Sequence record: PQ471515.1
Reading direction: 5' to 3' (one strand)
Length of the DNA: 64,000 nucleotides
Made by a program: the position numbers and the translations under genes. Within the stretch, counting starts at the first letter, position 1; each line of letters opens with the position of its first letter. The notes beneath the pieces were generated by a model that had not been told where the DNA came from, did not search any database, and saw only the letters and a list, made by a program, of their open reading frames with translations. Shown in pieces: positions 35,389 through 49,196 of this stretch.

Positions 35389-35771
35389 TGAAATACTGCA
35401 TTGAAGTACATTACACTACAGGTGATACTGAAAATTGTTATGACGTTCTTAATACAATTGATATTCAATGGTCTTCTAAAGAGGAAGCAGTTGCTGCTTT
35501 ACAGTGCCTAAAAGAGCATTGGGTGTTTTATATGAAGCAAGATAATTGCTATACAAAAGAACACGAAACGATCATGGAAAATGCTAAACAAAAAGAGTGG
35601 TTTGACCCAATATCACCAGCATATTCATTCTTGGTTAAAGTTGGTGATGTGACAGTTCCATTACGAACACCGTGGAACGGCTACTTTGAAACTCTTCATA
35701 ATGCACGAGTTGTCGCTGTTGATAACCCTGAACAAATCGATTTCGATTCATTGGACTGGAAAAAACTATGA
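35388..35771 (+). CDS. Hypothetical protein
   Basis: 127 aa, coupled. Confidence 0.7.
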   Translation: MKYCIEVHYTTGDTENCYDVLNTIDIQWSSKEEAVAALQCLKEHWVFYMKQDNCYTKEHETIMENAKQKEWFDPISPAYSFLVKVGDVTVPLRTPWNGYFETLHNARVVAVDNPEQIDFDSLDWKKL

Positions 35772-36211
35772 CAGTACTGCACCGATTGAAGAAGGTTAAG
35801 CATCCAGTTGTATATGAGGACTGGAAACGACAGAAGTTGCTGGGTGATTTTTATTACCCAAAATCTAAAGTTCTTGCGAATTCAAGATGTACATATTTCA
35901 AACATAATGATAAAGATACAGTATTTGTTGAAATGGGTTTCAATCCATCAAATACAATGTTCAGCACTAACCAAACATTTTACAAATTTCATATCCAAAA
36001 AGATTCATTTTCTATCATGATTTTAAAACTTTTAGTTGAAGATCTGCTATACCGTGGTGAACGTGTTCCTTTATCATTAGTGGATATTCCTTATAATAAT
36101 TTAGAGGAAATGTACTTCCAACAGTTGACAGTACAAGAAAACTTCGGTATGATAGGACTTCAAGAGTTAGAGATGATTAAGCAAATTCGTGATATCTACT
36201 TTAAGGAGTAA
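35768..36211 (+). CDS. EExxFQxS-motif family paralogue
   Basis: NLEEMYFQQLTVQE. Confidence 0.7.
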   Translation: MTVLHRLKKVKHPVVYEDWKRQKLLGDFYYPKSKVLANSRCTYFKHNDKDTVFVEMGFNPSNTMFSTNQTFYKFHIQKDSFSIMILKLLVEDLLYRGERVPLSLVDIPYNNLEEMYFQQLTVQENFGMIGLQELEMIKQIRDIYFKE

Positions 36212-36683
36212 CTATGCCAGTACGTAACAGTACTTCACGCTTTACGCTTCAACAGAAAGCAGATCTTTTGAATATGGCAAACAAAGATTCTAATTTTCAC
36301 TATCTAGTACTCGGTGGTTCAGTTGAAAAAATTGATCTACGTGAGTGTATGAAATAATACAAAGGGGACTAAAATGAGTCTACGTGAATCATGGGAACAA
36401 TTTAAAGAAGAGATTGGTTATCGTGGTGTCAAAATCGAACCAATCAATCGCACCGAAAGCATCAAAGCTAGTACCAATGGTACTACCTATGATCGATATG
36501 ATGAAAAGTATGGTTTACATTCTAAACCAAAGGATACTGAATAATGGTGTATACTAACATTTTTACTGGTATTATGCGTAAGTTTGTTAATGGTACTGGA
36601 TATGTATCCAATGACAACGGTAGTACATGGGTAAAAAATAATACGTCCGAATCTTTAGTGAAAAGTCTTCCGTATTATAAAGC

Positions 36684-36712
36684 TTGACACATGAAAATGG
36701 AGTATGTATAAT
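36684..36712 (+). promoter_or_regulatory. Sigma70-type promoter
   Basis: TTGACA-N17-TATAAT. Confidence 0.8.
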
Positions 36713-36729
36713 ACTCCTATATTAATCAA

Positions 36730-37317
36730 ATGAGGATATACGAAATGGCTGGTGTTGATAAAATTTGTGAATTCAGTGGCGATTATGAAGGTTACGAAAT
36801 GTACAAGTCCAAGCGTAATCACATTCAAGTTCTGTCAAAGTACCGTAAAGAATTCCGAGGCCACAAAGCAACATTGTATGTTTTTGAGAATGGATATTCT
36901 GAAGTTTTCACAAGTGGTGGGTACAGTACAGCTAACATGGCACATATCAACCCAAACCCAACTGAAGATGATTGGAATAGTGGTAACGCTTTTCGTATTT
37001 CAATTTTGAATAAAATGAATCGTTACGACCGTTATTGTACATTCTTTGAAAATATTTCAGAATACAAGCAAGCATTAAAGAAATATAATCAACGCTTACT
37101 AATGAATTATGATTACATTCTTCATGTTCCTACTGTTCCAGGTCAGGTTAATGGTCTGTATACGAACAGTACACATGATTTAACTGCGGTGATGCGTCGC
37201 CTCAAACGTATGTTGGGTTGTGGTAATTTAACAATCAAGGTTATGCGTAATGAATCAATGTATAACTTTTTAGATGTACTACACTACACATTGAAGGATA
37301 ATAATGGAAACGATTAA
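36730..37317 (+). CDS. Hypothetical protein
   Basis: Long ORF after the promoter; true start may be ATG 36745. Confidence 0.7.
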   Translation: MRIYEMAGVDKICEFSGDYEGYEMYKSKRNHIQVLSKYRKEFRGHKATLYVFENGYSEVFTSGGYSTANMAHINPNPTEDDWNSGNAFRISILNKMNRYDRYCTFFENISEYKQALKKYNQRLLMNYDYILHVPTVPGQVNGLYTNSTHDLTAVMRRLKRMLGCGNLTIKVMRNESMYNFLDVLHYTLKDNNGND

Positions 37318-37501
37318 GTTTATTTTTGAGGTGTTTGTTGCATTCATCTTATGTATTGTATCTATTGCTATTGCTTTAATTCCAGTCATCGTTTACCAAG
37401 TTAATGGTGGCACAGATCCAACAGTTGATATGTTACTTCGTTGTGTTGGATTCTGTATATGGTTGGTGATGTTTATGTACTATATGCATCTTGAGGAATA
37501 A
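37304..37501 (+). CDS. Small membrane protein
   Basis: Two TM helices. Confidence 0.7.
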   Translation: METIKFIFEVFVAFILCIVSIAIALIPVIVYQVNGGTDPTVDMLLRCVGFCIWLVMFMYYMHLEE

Positions 37502-37503
37502 TT

Positions 37504-38334
37504 ATGTCATTGGAAAAAGTAATTATTTCTGAATTCCGAAAGTACATCATTGATTGTGATAGAGATACCCAGCGTAAGTTCAATGAGTATCTTGACAAAT
37601 ATCCATATTTGATGTTTAATCCATTTGAAACTCAATCCGATGTTAATCTTGGATTTTACATTGGGTTTACACAACGAATTCTACAACAATATGAGATGAA
37701 ACAGCCAGAGGTTTGGGTAGAAACTGATTCGAATGAGACGAATGTTTTTTATCTGTACTCTTATTATGCGGAAATTGTTAGTTCAATGACGCTAGAAGGG
37801 TATCTATTCGTCAAAACATCTGATATTGAAAAAATATACATAGAACCTGTATCTTTGGATATGGTTGCCCAGCTTCCAACAGTTCAATATTTGGATGCAA
37901 ATGAGTTGACATATTCGGTGTTTGAGTACCTTAACCGAGACGATTTAACTCAAGAAATTGAGAATATGGTTTCAAAATATACCACAACTCTTATATCTAA
38001 TGGTTCACTTAGAATAGAACTGATTTACGACGATACTAGTACTAATGCAGTACGAGGAACTCGAATTGGAAAAGTTACTATACGTGTTGTCCACAATGAT
38101 GTAGTACTTGGTTATATTTCGAAACGTGGTCATGACTTGTGTTTGATTAACACATATGTTATTGAACGAAAAGAATGGAACGATTTAATGCAAAAAATCG
38201 TAGACGGAAGTGGAATTCGTGATATAATGTGTAATGAGGTAGTGACAATGAATCCTGACATTGACTGTGATGTATATTTCCCAGTTCCTGGATTTACTCT
38301 ACGTAATTTTGGTACATTAAAGGGTACAAAATGA
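37504..38334 (+). CDS. Hypothetical protein
   Basis: 276 aa, GAGG SD. Confidence 0.75.
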   Translation: MSLEKVIISEFRKYIIDCDRDTQRKFNEYLDKYPYLMFNPFETQSDVNLGFYIGFTQRILQQYEMKQPEVWVETDSNETNVFYLYSYYAEIVSSMTLEGYLFVKTSDIEKIYIEPVSLDMVAQLPTVQYLDANELTYSVFEYLNRDDLTQEIENMVSKYTTTLISNGSLRIELIYDDTSTNAVRGTRIGKVTIRVVHNDVVLGYISKRGHDLCLINTYVIERKEWNDLMQKIVDGSGIRDIMCNEVVTMNPDIDCDVYFPVPGFTLRNFGTLKGTK

Positions 38335-38621
38335 AAATTTTAGAAGTCTTACTTGAAAAGGATGCATCCGGCACTCTTTATGTTGGTAATGAGTTCAGTC
38401 CTGATCCAATTGATATGATGCAGCGTATTCAAACACTGACCCAATCAATTTCAGTTAAACAACCTTTCCTAAAAGAATTGGAAATTCACTGCGATAAAGA
38501 TATGGAACAACATGATAATGTTATTTCTGATATCAAAAGTCTATTGACAAAGAATGGATATGTGGAGTATAATCCTTCTATCGTAATCGTTATCCCTGAC
38601 TTTATGAAAGGAACATTGTAA
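38331..38621 (+). CDS. Hypothetical protein
   Basis: Coupled ORF. Confidence 0.7.
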   Translation: MKILEVLLEKDASGTLYVGNEFSPDPIDMMQRIQTLTQSISVKQPFLKELEIHCDKDMEQHDNVISDIKSLLTKNGYVEYNPSIVIVIPDFMKGTL

Positions 38622-38890
38622 TGACTAAAGAAGAAATGAAATCTCGCCTAAGCGAACTTAAGAAAGAACGAAAACTAGTCCGTTTGGACTGGGACATTCT
38701 TAACAAAAAAGATGAGCAATCATATGCTAACTGGAGTTCCGATAAAGTTCGCAATGACCGTTCCAAAGAAGACGCTAAACAGTTTATGGCATTGACCAAA
38801 CGTTTATCTTCACTGAATAGTGAAATTACAGGTCTTCAAAAGGAAATTATTTCAATTCTTCAAGTGGAGATCAACTCACTGTATGAATAA
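38621..38890 (+). CDS. Hypothetical coiled-coil protein
   Basis: 89 aa, heptad pattern. Confidence 0.7.
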   Translation: MTKEEMKSRLSELKKERKLVRLDWDILNKKDEQSYANWSSDKVRNDRSKEDAKQFMALTKRLSSLNSEITGLQKEIISILQVEINSLYE

Positions 38891-39179
38891 ACATGAAGTG
38901 ATTCATTTTGATGGTAAGATTTATGTACCAAACAATGATAGTACTGAATCTTATTATCTAATCAATGCAATTATGTCAGAAACACAAACATGTTGCCGTC
39001 AGCGTCCAGGTGAGTATGAGTTCAGTCAGACCATTGGTTATTATCGTTATACTGAACTTGATAAATTTACAATCGATTCTAAAAAAGTTATTGACGTTCT
39101 CACGAAGAACGGATATAATGAATCCGAATCAAACGAAACAGAGTTACCAGTCGTGAAATTTGTTCTAAAAAATAATTAA
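38883..39179 (+). CDS. Hypothetical protein
   Basis: Start moved to 38883 after GGAG. Confidence 0.65.
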   Translation: MNKHEVIHFDGKIYVPNNDSTESYYLINAIMSETQTCCRQRPGEYEFSQTIGYYRYTELDKFTIDSKKVIDVLTKNGYNESESNETELPVVKFVLKNN

Positions 39180-39184
39180 TTTTT

Positions 39185-39212
39185 GGGACAACGCTGAAAA
39201 GCATGATATAAT
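39185..39212 (+). promoter_or_regulatory. Class-2 promoter GGGACA-N13-TGA-TATAAT
   Basis: Shared architecture with 8523, 44678, 61474. Confidence 0.6.
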
Positions 39213-39296
39213 GTATATTATCGGCAGATGTAAAAATGCAAACCATTCCTCAATGATGAGGGTTTTTCATAAAAAAGAAATAAAAGGGTATTAAAA

Positions 39297-39506
39297 ATGG
39301 CTAAAGAAACTAACGCACAAGTACTAGATATCACCGACTTCGACCGCACTGTGAACTACATTCAGTTCCAGATTCATCAAGCTGAAGAAGCTCTCGCAGT
39401 ATTCCACGGTACTGGTGCAAGGCCAATCCGTTTTGCTCATCTAATTGCATGGAAGAAAAGTCTACAAGAAGAACTTTCTGAACTGCGTAAAGCAAACCGT
39501 AAGTAA
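39297..39506 (+). CDS. Hypothetical protein
   Basis: 69 aa, followed by terminator at 39513-39546. Confidence 0.75.
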   Translation: MAKETNAQVLDITDFDRTVNYIQFQIHQAEEALAVFHGTGARPIRFAHLIAWKKSLQEELSELRKANRK

Positions 39507-39571
39507 TTGATTTCCCGCCTCATCAATGTTGATGGGGCTTTTTTAATAAAATACAAACTGAGGATATATTA

Positions 39572-40078
39572 ATGAGTGTTGAATATTGGTTTTTGTTTAT
39601 ATGTCTTGGTACACTAGTACTGATTACATTGGGCTTAATCTTCAATACGGTAATCAGTGGTAGTAATTACTTCAAGTCCTTTCAACTTCTAATGTCAGCT
39701 ATGCAGTACAGTGACGAGGCAGAAGAAACCACTACATTGATTTTGAATAAACTTGAAGCTAACTTACTGGTTGCTAAAATTTCTTCGTGTAATACAAATA
39801 TTGTATTTTATGCATCACCCGTGGACATTAATGGGTACGAAATGAGTTATCAGCCAGCCGTTGCTGAAATTTTTATTGGTTCTAAGTATTATGCATATGG
39901 ATATATCCGAAAGTATTATACTGAAGCAAAAGCCGAGCTAACAAAGAAACGACCGTCAATTAAGACATTAAAGCGTATCATCGCACTAGAAAAGAAATTA
40001 CGAGGTGATGTGACAAAAAATGATTCACCCACTGTAGTAAATACAAAGAAAAAAAATAACGTAGTGGAGTTGGATTAA
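39572..40078 (+). CDS. Hypothetical membrane-anchored protein
   Basis: N-terminal TM, GAGG SD. Confidence 0.7.
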   Translation: MSVEYWFLFICLGTLVLITLGLIFNTVISGSNYFKSFQLLMSAMQYSDEAEETTTLILNKLEANLLVAKISSCNTNIVFYASPVDINGYEMSYQPAVAEIFIGSKYYAYGYIRKYYTEAKAELTKKRPSIKTLKRIIALEKKLRGDVTKNDSPTVVNTKKKNNVVELD

Positions 40079-40383
40079 TGGACGCAGATAAATCAAACAG
40101 TATTCTTATTGATGTACAAACGAAGTTATTAGATGTTATGGAAATCATCAAAGAATTACCACAAGGATATCAGTTTAAAGTTCGTGAAATGTTATCTTGT
40201 GCAGAAACTGTTGTGTCTATGTACAATGATGTGCAGCATGGAATTATCCCTGAAATTCTTCAAGATGGTCTAAATATTAACACAAAGATTCCAGTACAAG
40301 AGCCTGAAGAGGTTGTTCAGCCTGAACCAGAACCTACTATACGTAAAGTACTGGATCTATCTGGGATTAAAATTAACATCTAA
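40078..40383 (+). CDS. Hypothetical protein
   Basis: 101 aa, coupled. Confidence 0.7.
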   Translation: MDADKSNSILIDVQTKLLDVMEIIKELPQGYQFKVREMLSCAETVVSMYNDVQHGIIPEILQDGLNINTKIPVQEPEEVVQPEPEPTIRKVLDLSGIKINI

Positions 40384-40567
40384 AAATACAATCAATAGGA
40401 GAAGTAATGAGTAATCAAAAAATCGACTTAGTAGTAAAACTTCAAGAGATTCAAGCACTAGCTAAAGACCTTGATGAAAAACATGCAGCAGCAGTTGATT
40501 CACTGTGTGCAACAATCCTGACTGTTTTTACAGATTACGAAAAGAAATCTGATTAAACATTACTTTA

Positions 40568-40595
40568 TGCCCAGTCTAGTACTGGGTATTTTTTT
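40568..40595 (+). terminator. Terminator with AGTACT in the hairpin
   Basis: TGCCCAGT-CTAGT-ACTGGGTA plus T-run. Confidence 0.75.
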
Positions 40596-40606
40596 AAGGA
40601 AATAAA

Positions 40607-40999
40607 ATGACTGAATCTGAACTACGTGAAATGATAGATTTCATTTATGAAATGGTACAAGATAAAAATAACATCAATACAATTGCATCTGGTCCAAGAC
40701 AAATTGGTAACCAAATAACATATTCTTTGTCCTTATGGTTACACCCGTGCATTAAGGTTGATTGTTTGTATTTCCGTCCTGATATTGATGCTTATTATTT
40801 TGTCAATCATGATGCATTAATGAAACCACATAATCGTCCAGTTGATGATAACTTTGTGACGCACCCATTTTACCTGGCTGATTCCGAAGAGGATGAGTTT
40901 CAAAAGAACACAACGTTAAGCCCAGGTGAAATTTGCATCCCTTATGAACTAAAAGATAAAATGATTTACATCACAGAAGTTATGAAAACATGCTGGTAA
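40607..40999 (+). CDS. EExxFQxS-motif family paralogue (variant)
   Basis: DSEEDEFQKNTTL. Confidence 0.65.
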   Translation: MTESELREMIDFIYEMVQDKNNINTIASGPRQIGNQITYSLSLWLHPCIKVDCLYFRPDIDAYYFVNHDALMKPHNRPVDDNFVTHPFYLADSEEDEFQKNTTLSPGEICIPYELKDKMIYITEVMKTCW

Positions 41000-41046
41000 G
41001 TGCAATGAAACTCTGATATAATACTATGACTTACTAAGGAGAACAT

Positions 41047-41616
41047 ATGAACTTTATTAAATTCAACTCATCTGAGTCAGAAGCATACTTTAATACAAAT
41101 AATAAATTTAATATTATTCTTAAAGACGGAACGGTTGTTATCGGAGTATCATTGCTTTCATTTGATGGCGAAAAACTCAAAACTGTTTATAAATTCACCA
41201 ATCTTGATGGTGATTACTGGGATACGTCAGATGTATCTAAAATTTGCACACATTATGTATTTGAATCTATTGAAGTTGGTGATGGCTGGGCATTGACCTG
41301 TAATGGTAATAAAGTATTTTCTGGTAACATATTTGGGGTAATTTCCAGTAAAGAAATCGTAGACCATCATCTTCATGTTCTCAATAATAACGCCAACACT
41401 TATACACCTGATAATATCAAAATTCACGATATTGTAACATATACTGATTATAATGGTTTCAGACATAAAGCAATTGTAACTGAAGTTAAAAAACCAAAAA
41501 ATTATTTCGACCACGGTTTAATTGAAGTATATATGGTAGGTGGCGAAAAACAATACTTTGATCATTTCACTTATACTGGTTGGGATAGATTCCTAACCGT
41601 TGTTGAGGAATACTAA
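41047..41616 (+). CDS. Hypothetical protein
   Basis: 189 aa, AAGGAG SD, extended -10 upstream. Confidence 0.75.
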   Translation: MNFIKFNSSESEAYFNTNNKFNIILKDGTVVIGVSLLSFDGEKLKTVYKFTNLDGDYWDTSDVSKICTHYVFESIEVGDGWALTCNGNKVFSGNIFGVISSKEIVDHHLHVLNNNANTYTPDNIKIHDIVTYTDYNGFRHKAIVTEVKKPKNYFDHGLIEVYMVGGEKQYFDHFTYTGWDRFLTVVEEY

Positions 41617-41617
41617 C

Positions 41618-42106
41618 ATGCCGATTCGTGGTGTACCAGAACCATTAATGGAAGTTATTAAGCATGTTCGCATTGGAGATCGAGAAGTTAATCTGCGACG
41701 TGGTAATATATATTACTTTAAAACTTCAGAAATGAGTTCTGTGCAGATTGTCATTGGTACATCTATTATGATTACTCGCGTACTTGATGGTAGTACTGAC
41801 TTCGTTGGATACAATGTACTTACTAATAAAGTAACACATACATATAAATGGAGTGGATATAAAACTATTAAGTACGAGTTTGACTTAGCTAGAACTGAAG
41901 AAGAACGATTTATGCTGAGTACTATCAATCCAGCAAACTATCCTGACCTTGATGCATTTTTGCTAATTTTAAAATTGTATAATGAAGCAAATCAGAAAGC
42001 CAAAGATTATGATAGAATCATGTATGAACGCCGAAAAGAACGTGCACAAAAAAGTTATGATCTGTATGATAGCCCATACGTGAAATATAGTAAGGGGTCG
42101 AAATGA
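41618..42106 (+). CDS. EExxFQxS-motif family paralogue
   Basis: RTEEERFMLSTIN. Confidence 0.7.
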   Translation: MPIRGVPEPLMEVIKHVRIGDREVNLRRGNIYYFKTSEMSSVQIVIGTSIMITRVLDGSTDFVGYNVLTNKVTHTYKWSGYKTIKYEFDLARTEEERFMLSTINPANYPDLDAFLLILKLYNEANQKAKDYDRIMYERRKERAQKSYDLYDSPYVKYSKGSK

Positions 42107-42507
42107 ATAAAGAAGTTCAAATTATCATAACTCCACCTATACAAAGTCTGGATGTATCCATTAGTGATTTTTTGGAAAAATACTATGAATGGTTTAATGA
42201 AGATTCAGTAATTTATAACCATTCATTACCTGATGGTTTCGTTGAGCTTATTGAATTAAATGCAAAATCACTATACTTCTGTGTTGAATACAATGATTAT
42301 ATGACAGATGAAGCATATCGTTTTCGTTGTACATTGTATCCTAACCATTTTTCCATTGGTTATAAAGACTATCAGTACTGCACCACAAACTATAGTGTAG
42401 AGGAAGAATTTCAGTACAATTTACTTTATCCTGATTTAGATTATACGATTGCAGTACTGTTGACTAAAATCATGGATTTTTATAAAGATAAATATAATGC
42501 AGCCTAA
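42103..42507 (+). CDS. EExxFQxS-motif family paralogue
   Basis: SVEEEFQYNLLY. Confidence 0.7.
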   Translation: MNKEVQIIITPPIQSLDVSISDFLEKYYEWFNEDSVIYNHSLPDGFVELIELNAKSLYFCVEYNDYMTDEAYRFRCTLYPNHFSIGYKDYQYCTTNYSVEEEFQYNLLYPDLDYTIAVLLTKIMDFYKDKYNAA

Positions 42508-42682
42508 GACATTTGATGAGTGGTTTAATCTACACTATAATATAAATGCAGCAGATATATACTATTTTAAGCTTGAATTGTATATATCATTGCGTAACCC
42601 AATTGAGTACTATAACAACATTATCAATTGTGATGATTTTGGTACATATTTTAGTATAGCAGTCATGGACAAAATAAGATGA
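42497..42682 (+). CDS. Small hypothetical protein, possibly a distant MTHEEW-family relative
   Basis: KTFDEWF N-terminus, coupled to the next ORF. Confidence 0.55.
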   Translation: MQPKTFDEWFNLHYNINAADIYYFKLELYISLRNPIEYYNNIINCDDFGTYFSIAVMDKIR

Positions 42683-42858
42683 CACACAAAGAATGGTTAG
42701 ATGAACTAAAATTTAAACATAATCCTTTTGGTTTTGGTATACGCCAAGGTCATTATGATGTGTTAAAAGATAAACAACTTTTCAAATCATTTGTACTTGA
42801 TGAGGATAGTAATCACTGGTACATCTATGAGCTTGCAATTAGAGACAAAAAAAATTGA
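42679..42858 (+). CDS. MTHEEW-family micro-protein
   Basis: MTHKEWLDELKFKHNPFG..RQGHYDVL..LDEDSNHWYIYELA; not in ORF track. Confidence 0.75.
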   Translation: MTHKEWLDELKFKHNPFGFGIRQGHYDVLKDKQLFKSFVLDEDSNHWYIYELAIRDKKN

Positions 42859-42907
42859 CTAGTACTGATATATATGCTATTCTTTTGTTTTAAACAGGAG
42901 AACAATA

Positions 42908-43411
42908 ATGCTCATTACGCATGTACCGGAAAGTATTACTGAGATTTTAAGTAAAATTAATGTTAATGAATTTGAACGAACAGTTCGAAAACAAGGTACT
43001 TATCACTATAAGCACAAAGATGGTGAACATCAAATAAGCTTAGATCAGAATTATCAAACTCTAACAATTAAAATGGTTACTCGCTGGAATTTTATTCGTA
43101 AAGATACTATTATCTGTGATTTTGGTAAAAGACTACTTAGAAAATGTTTCTCTGAAACAAATGGTATCTATCCAAACCCGAATAGAATTTTCACATATCA
43201 ATACATCACAGATGAAGATGTACATTTTCAAGAGAGTTTGGTGTGTGATAATAAGTACTTTCCAGCATTTTCAGATAATTTGAAGTTAAAAGAACTATAT
43301 AACTATTTCTTAAACGACAATATTCTGTGGGATGAAGAATTAAAACAACGACAGATAGAACGTGAAAAGAAAAAAGTCTGGACTGGTTCACATTGGATGC
43401 AACGTAAATGA
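42908..43411 (+). CDS. EExxFQxS-motif family paralogue
   Basis: ITDEDVHFQESLVCD. Confidence 0.75.
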   Translation: MLITHVPESITEILSKINVNEFERTVRKQGTYHYKHKDGEHQISLDQNYQTLTIKMVTRWNFIRKDTIICDFGKRLLRKCFSETNGIYPNPNRIFTYQYITDEDVHFQESLVCDNKYFPAFSDNLKLKELYNYFLNDNILWDEELKQRQIEREKKKVWTGSHWMQRK

Positions 43412-43578
43412 CACATGAAGAATGGATGTCTATTATGAAAGAACGATATGATCTGTTTGGGAATGGATTTCGTGATGGTCATTACGATATTTTACGAGAC
43501 AAACATCAGTTCGATTTATATGTACTAGATGAGGATGGAAATCGATGGTTCATATATGAGCTTGCATTTAGGGATTAG
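43408..43578 (+). CDS. MTHEEW-family micro-protein
   Basis: MTHEEWMSIMKERYDLFG..RDGHYDIL..LDEDGNRWFIYELA; ATGA-coupled; not in ORF track. Confidence 0.75.
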   Translation: MTHEEWMSIMKERYDLFGNGFRDGHYDILRDKHQFDLYVLDEDGNRWFIYELAFRD

Positions 43579-43588
43579 AAGATATATT

Positions 43589-43896
<308 letters not shown>

Positions 43897-43904
43897 TTCA
43901 GTAT

Positions 43905-43938
<34 letters not shown>

Positions 43939-43951
43939 CGAGGAATCCAAA

Positions 43952-44149
43952 GTGACTAAAGCAGAACTTGTAGCATTATTGGAATCATATCCCGATGATG
44001 CATGTATTGAAGTTGTTCATAGTGCGAGGCATTTTGACATTGAAGATGTAGTACGTTATAATGACAAAGGTGTACTCATCATGGAACTATGTATTGGTGA
44101 AATGAAAACTGTACCCGAATCAGAAAAACGTAAAAATAGTAAACCGTAA
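43952..44149 (+). CDS. Hypothetical protein
   Basis: GTG start, GAGG SD, TTGACA..TATAAT promoter upstream. Confidence 0.7.
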   Translation: MTKAELVALLESYPDDACIEVVHSARHFDIEDVVRYNDKGVLIMELCIGEMKTVPESEKRKNSKP

Positions 44150-44159
44150 GGAAAATAAA

Positions 44160-44378
44160 ATGGAATCTACTCTATTAGAAGTTATTAACTCATTAAACGC
44201 TGGCGACAATGTTCAAGTACTCCTTCAGGGATACCGTGTAAAAGGTTCAGTAGTTTTAGTTAATGACACCACTGTTGTTGTAACTGAAACTAACCCGTTT
44301 GACAGTAATGAACTTGCTAATATCCATATTGATATTAAAAGTATTATTGGTGTTGGTGTAACTAAACCACAAGAATAA
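44160..44378 (+). CDS. Small beta-rich hypothetical protein (Sm/LSm-like possible)
   Basis: V.V.L.G..V.G.V..V.D..VVV.......IHIDIKSIIGV pattern. Confidence 0.55.
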   Translation: MESTLLEVINSLNAGDNVQVLLQGYRVKGSVVLVNDTTVVVTETNPFDSNELANIHIDIKSIIGVGVTKPQE

Positions 44379-44399
44379 CAATTGTTATTGGGGATTACT

Positions 44400-44672
44400 A
44401 TGCATTTTGAAAAATTCAATACAAATCGTAACACACGCATTGACGTTCTTTATGAAACACAAGACTCAATAAGCATTCGTACACGTAGTGGTGATGTATA
44501 TCATGACTGTACTATTGGTTGGGAACAGGGAAGAACACGTAGTGCAGAATTCGATAACTATCGCTTCTACCAAGGGGACACCACAATCTGGCCTGAACAC
44601 GTAGAAGATATTGCGATTGAAGATGAACATAAAGATGAATTTATAAAATTTAATCCCGAAACCGAATCATAA
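44400..44672 (+). CDS. Hypothetical protein
   Basis: Start moved to 44400. Confidence 0.65.
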   Translation: MHFEKFNTNRNTRIDVLYETQDSISIRTRSGDVYHDCTIGWEQGRTRSAEFDNYRFYQGDTTIWPEHVEDIAIEDEHKDEFIKFNPETES

Positions 44673-44677
44673 ATATT

Positions 44678-44805
<128 letters not shown>

Positions 44806-44809
44806 AAAT

Positions 44810-44895
<86 letters not shown>

Positions 44896-44912
44896 CAATT
44901 AAAGGTTAAACC

Positions 44913-45073
<161 letters not shown>

Positions 45074-45077
<4 letters not shown>

Positions 45078-45234
45078 CACATGAAGAATGGATGAATGAC
45101 ATTAATTTTAGATATTCGGGTATCGGTAAATGGCTAAAGTATCATTGGGAATTCATTTCAGAGCCACATCTGTATGATAAACTTATCAACGATCCAGAAT
45201 ATGAAATGTACTTAATTGAACTACTGGTACGAAT

Positions 45235-45238
<4 letters not shown>
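45074..45238 (+). CDS. MTHEEW-family micro-protein, tandem unit 2
   Basis: 54 aa; about the first 50 nt nearly identical to unit 1. Confidence 0.8.
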
Positions 45239-45825
<587 letters not shown>

Positions 45826-45883
45826 CTAAATAGTTCAGTACCAAGGAGATTAATATGTTTAAAGATGAACGTCCAGATTTGTA

Positions 45884-45922
<39 letters not shown>

Positions 45923-45928
45923 GAATTC

Positions 45929-46268
45929 CACAATCAGACGTATATGGTGTAAGTTACGTCGATGTAATCCAGAACAAGATCTCTGGTACTCTAGGAAGTG
46001 GTGAATGTTAACCTAGACGGGTTTGATAATTGGACGATAGGCAATTATTACTTGACTAGCAGGTTTAAACTAGAGGTGACAGTCCTTTACCAAACTGGAA
46101 AACCGGATGGACTTTTATTTAAAAGGGTAAGGCGTGGAAATATGTTTACAGTAGTTGCTTTTAGTAGCCTGTACGCCCCACGTCAAGGTAGCCGAAAGGC
46201 AAGTTAAAACGGGTGGTTATAAAGCTGAATTAACAGCGGCGTTTAAAAGCGTCACCATCCATTTTTTT
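45929..46268 (+). ncRNA. Candidate structured ncRNA (about 340 nt)
   Basis: Own promoter at 45894-45922, many hairpins, ends GGGTGGT..ACCATCC plus T-run. Confidence 0.55.
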
Positions 46269-46285
46269 TAATTAAAGTTGGTGAT

Positions 46286-46925
<640 letters not shown>

Positions 46926-46998
46926 CTTTTTAATTTAAAAGTACTTTACTGTAGTGTTTAGTACCGTATAATGTAAACAAAAGGATAAAATAAAACTC

Positions 46999-47523
<525 letters not shown>

Positions 47524-47545
47524 TTAAAAAATCAGTACTTTATTA

Positions 47546-47930
<385 letters not shown>

Positions 47931-47947
47931 TTCACATGATATAGGGA

Positions 47948-48469
<522 letters not shown>

Positions 48470-48527
48470 CAGGGGAGGTTGTGATTCCCGATTCAGTAGC
48501 TTATAAAGCAGTTCCGTGTGTGCCTAT

Positions 48528-48580
<53 letters not shown>

Positions 48581-48581
48581 T

Positions 48582-48619
<38 letters not shown>

Positions 48620-48638
48620 AGAGGTACTTCGAGTATGC

Positions 48639-48764
<126 letters not shown>

Positions 48765-48766
48765 TA

Positions 48767-48848
<82 letters not shown>

Positions 48849-48908
48849 GAAGAAACTGCTAAACAGCTTGAAGTACTTTGTAGTGCTGCACCTATGCCGA
48901 CTCTTGGC

Positions 48909-48960
<52 letters not shown>

Positions 48961-49020
48961 TGTAAGATGACCTCCCCTCAATGCGAAAGAGTATAGAGAC
49001 TTGTTGGATATCTTACTTCT

Positions 49021-49103
<83 letters not shown>

Positions 49104-49106
49104 TCT

Positions 49107-49182
49107 GCCGTTTTAGCTCAGTTGGTAGAGCAATCCCCTTGTAAGGGATAGGTCATCTGTTCGAGTCAGATAAACGGCACAA
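49107..49182 (+). tRNA. tRNA-Thr(TGT) copy 2
   Basis: GCCGTTT/AAACGGC, loop CTTGTAA; ends CAA. Confidence 0.92.
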
Positions 49183-49196
49183 AATAAAGGTACACT

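Noticed and set aside
45998-46207. 69-aa ORF as a real gene
   Set aside because: GTG start with composition unlike neighbouring genes; it lies wholly within a densely base-paired region and is better explained as ncRNA (not excluded).
45929-46268. tmRNA or RNase P identity for the structured RNA (it contains GTCACCA near the 3' end)
   Set aside because: No GGGG 5' end with G3-U pair, no TTCRA T-loop, no ..AA-stop tag frame, and no GAGGAAAGUCC RNase P signature.
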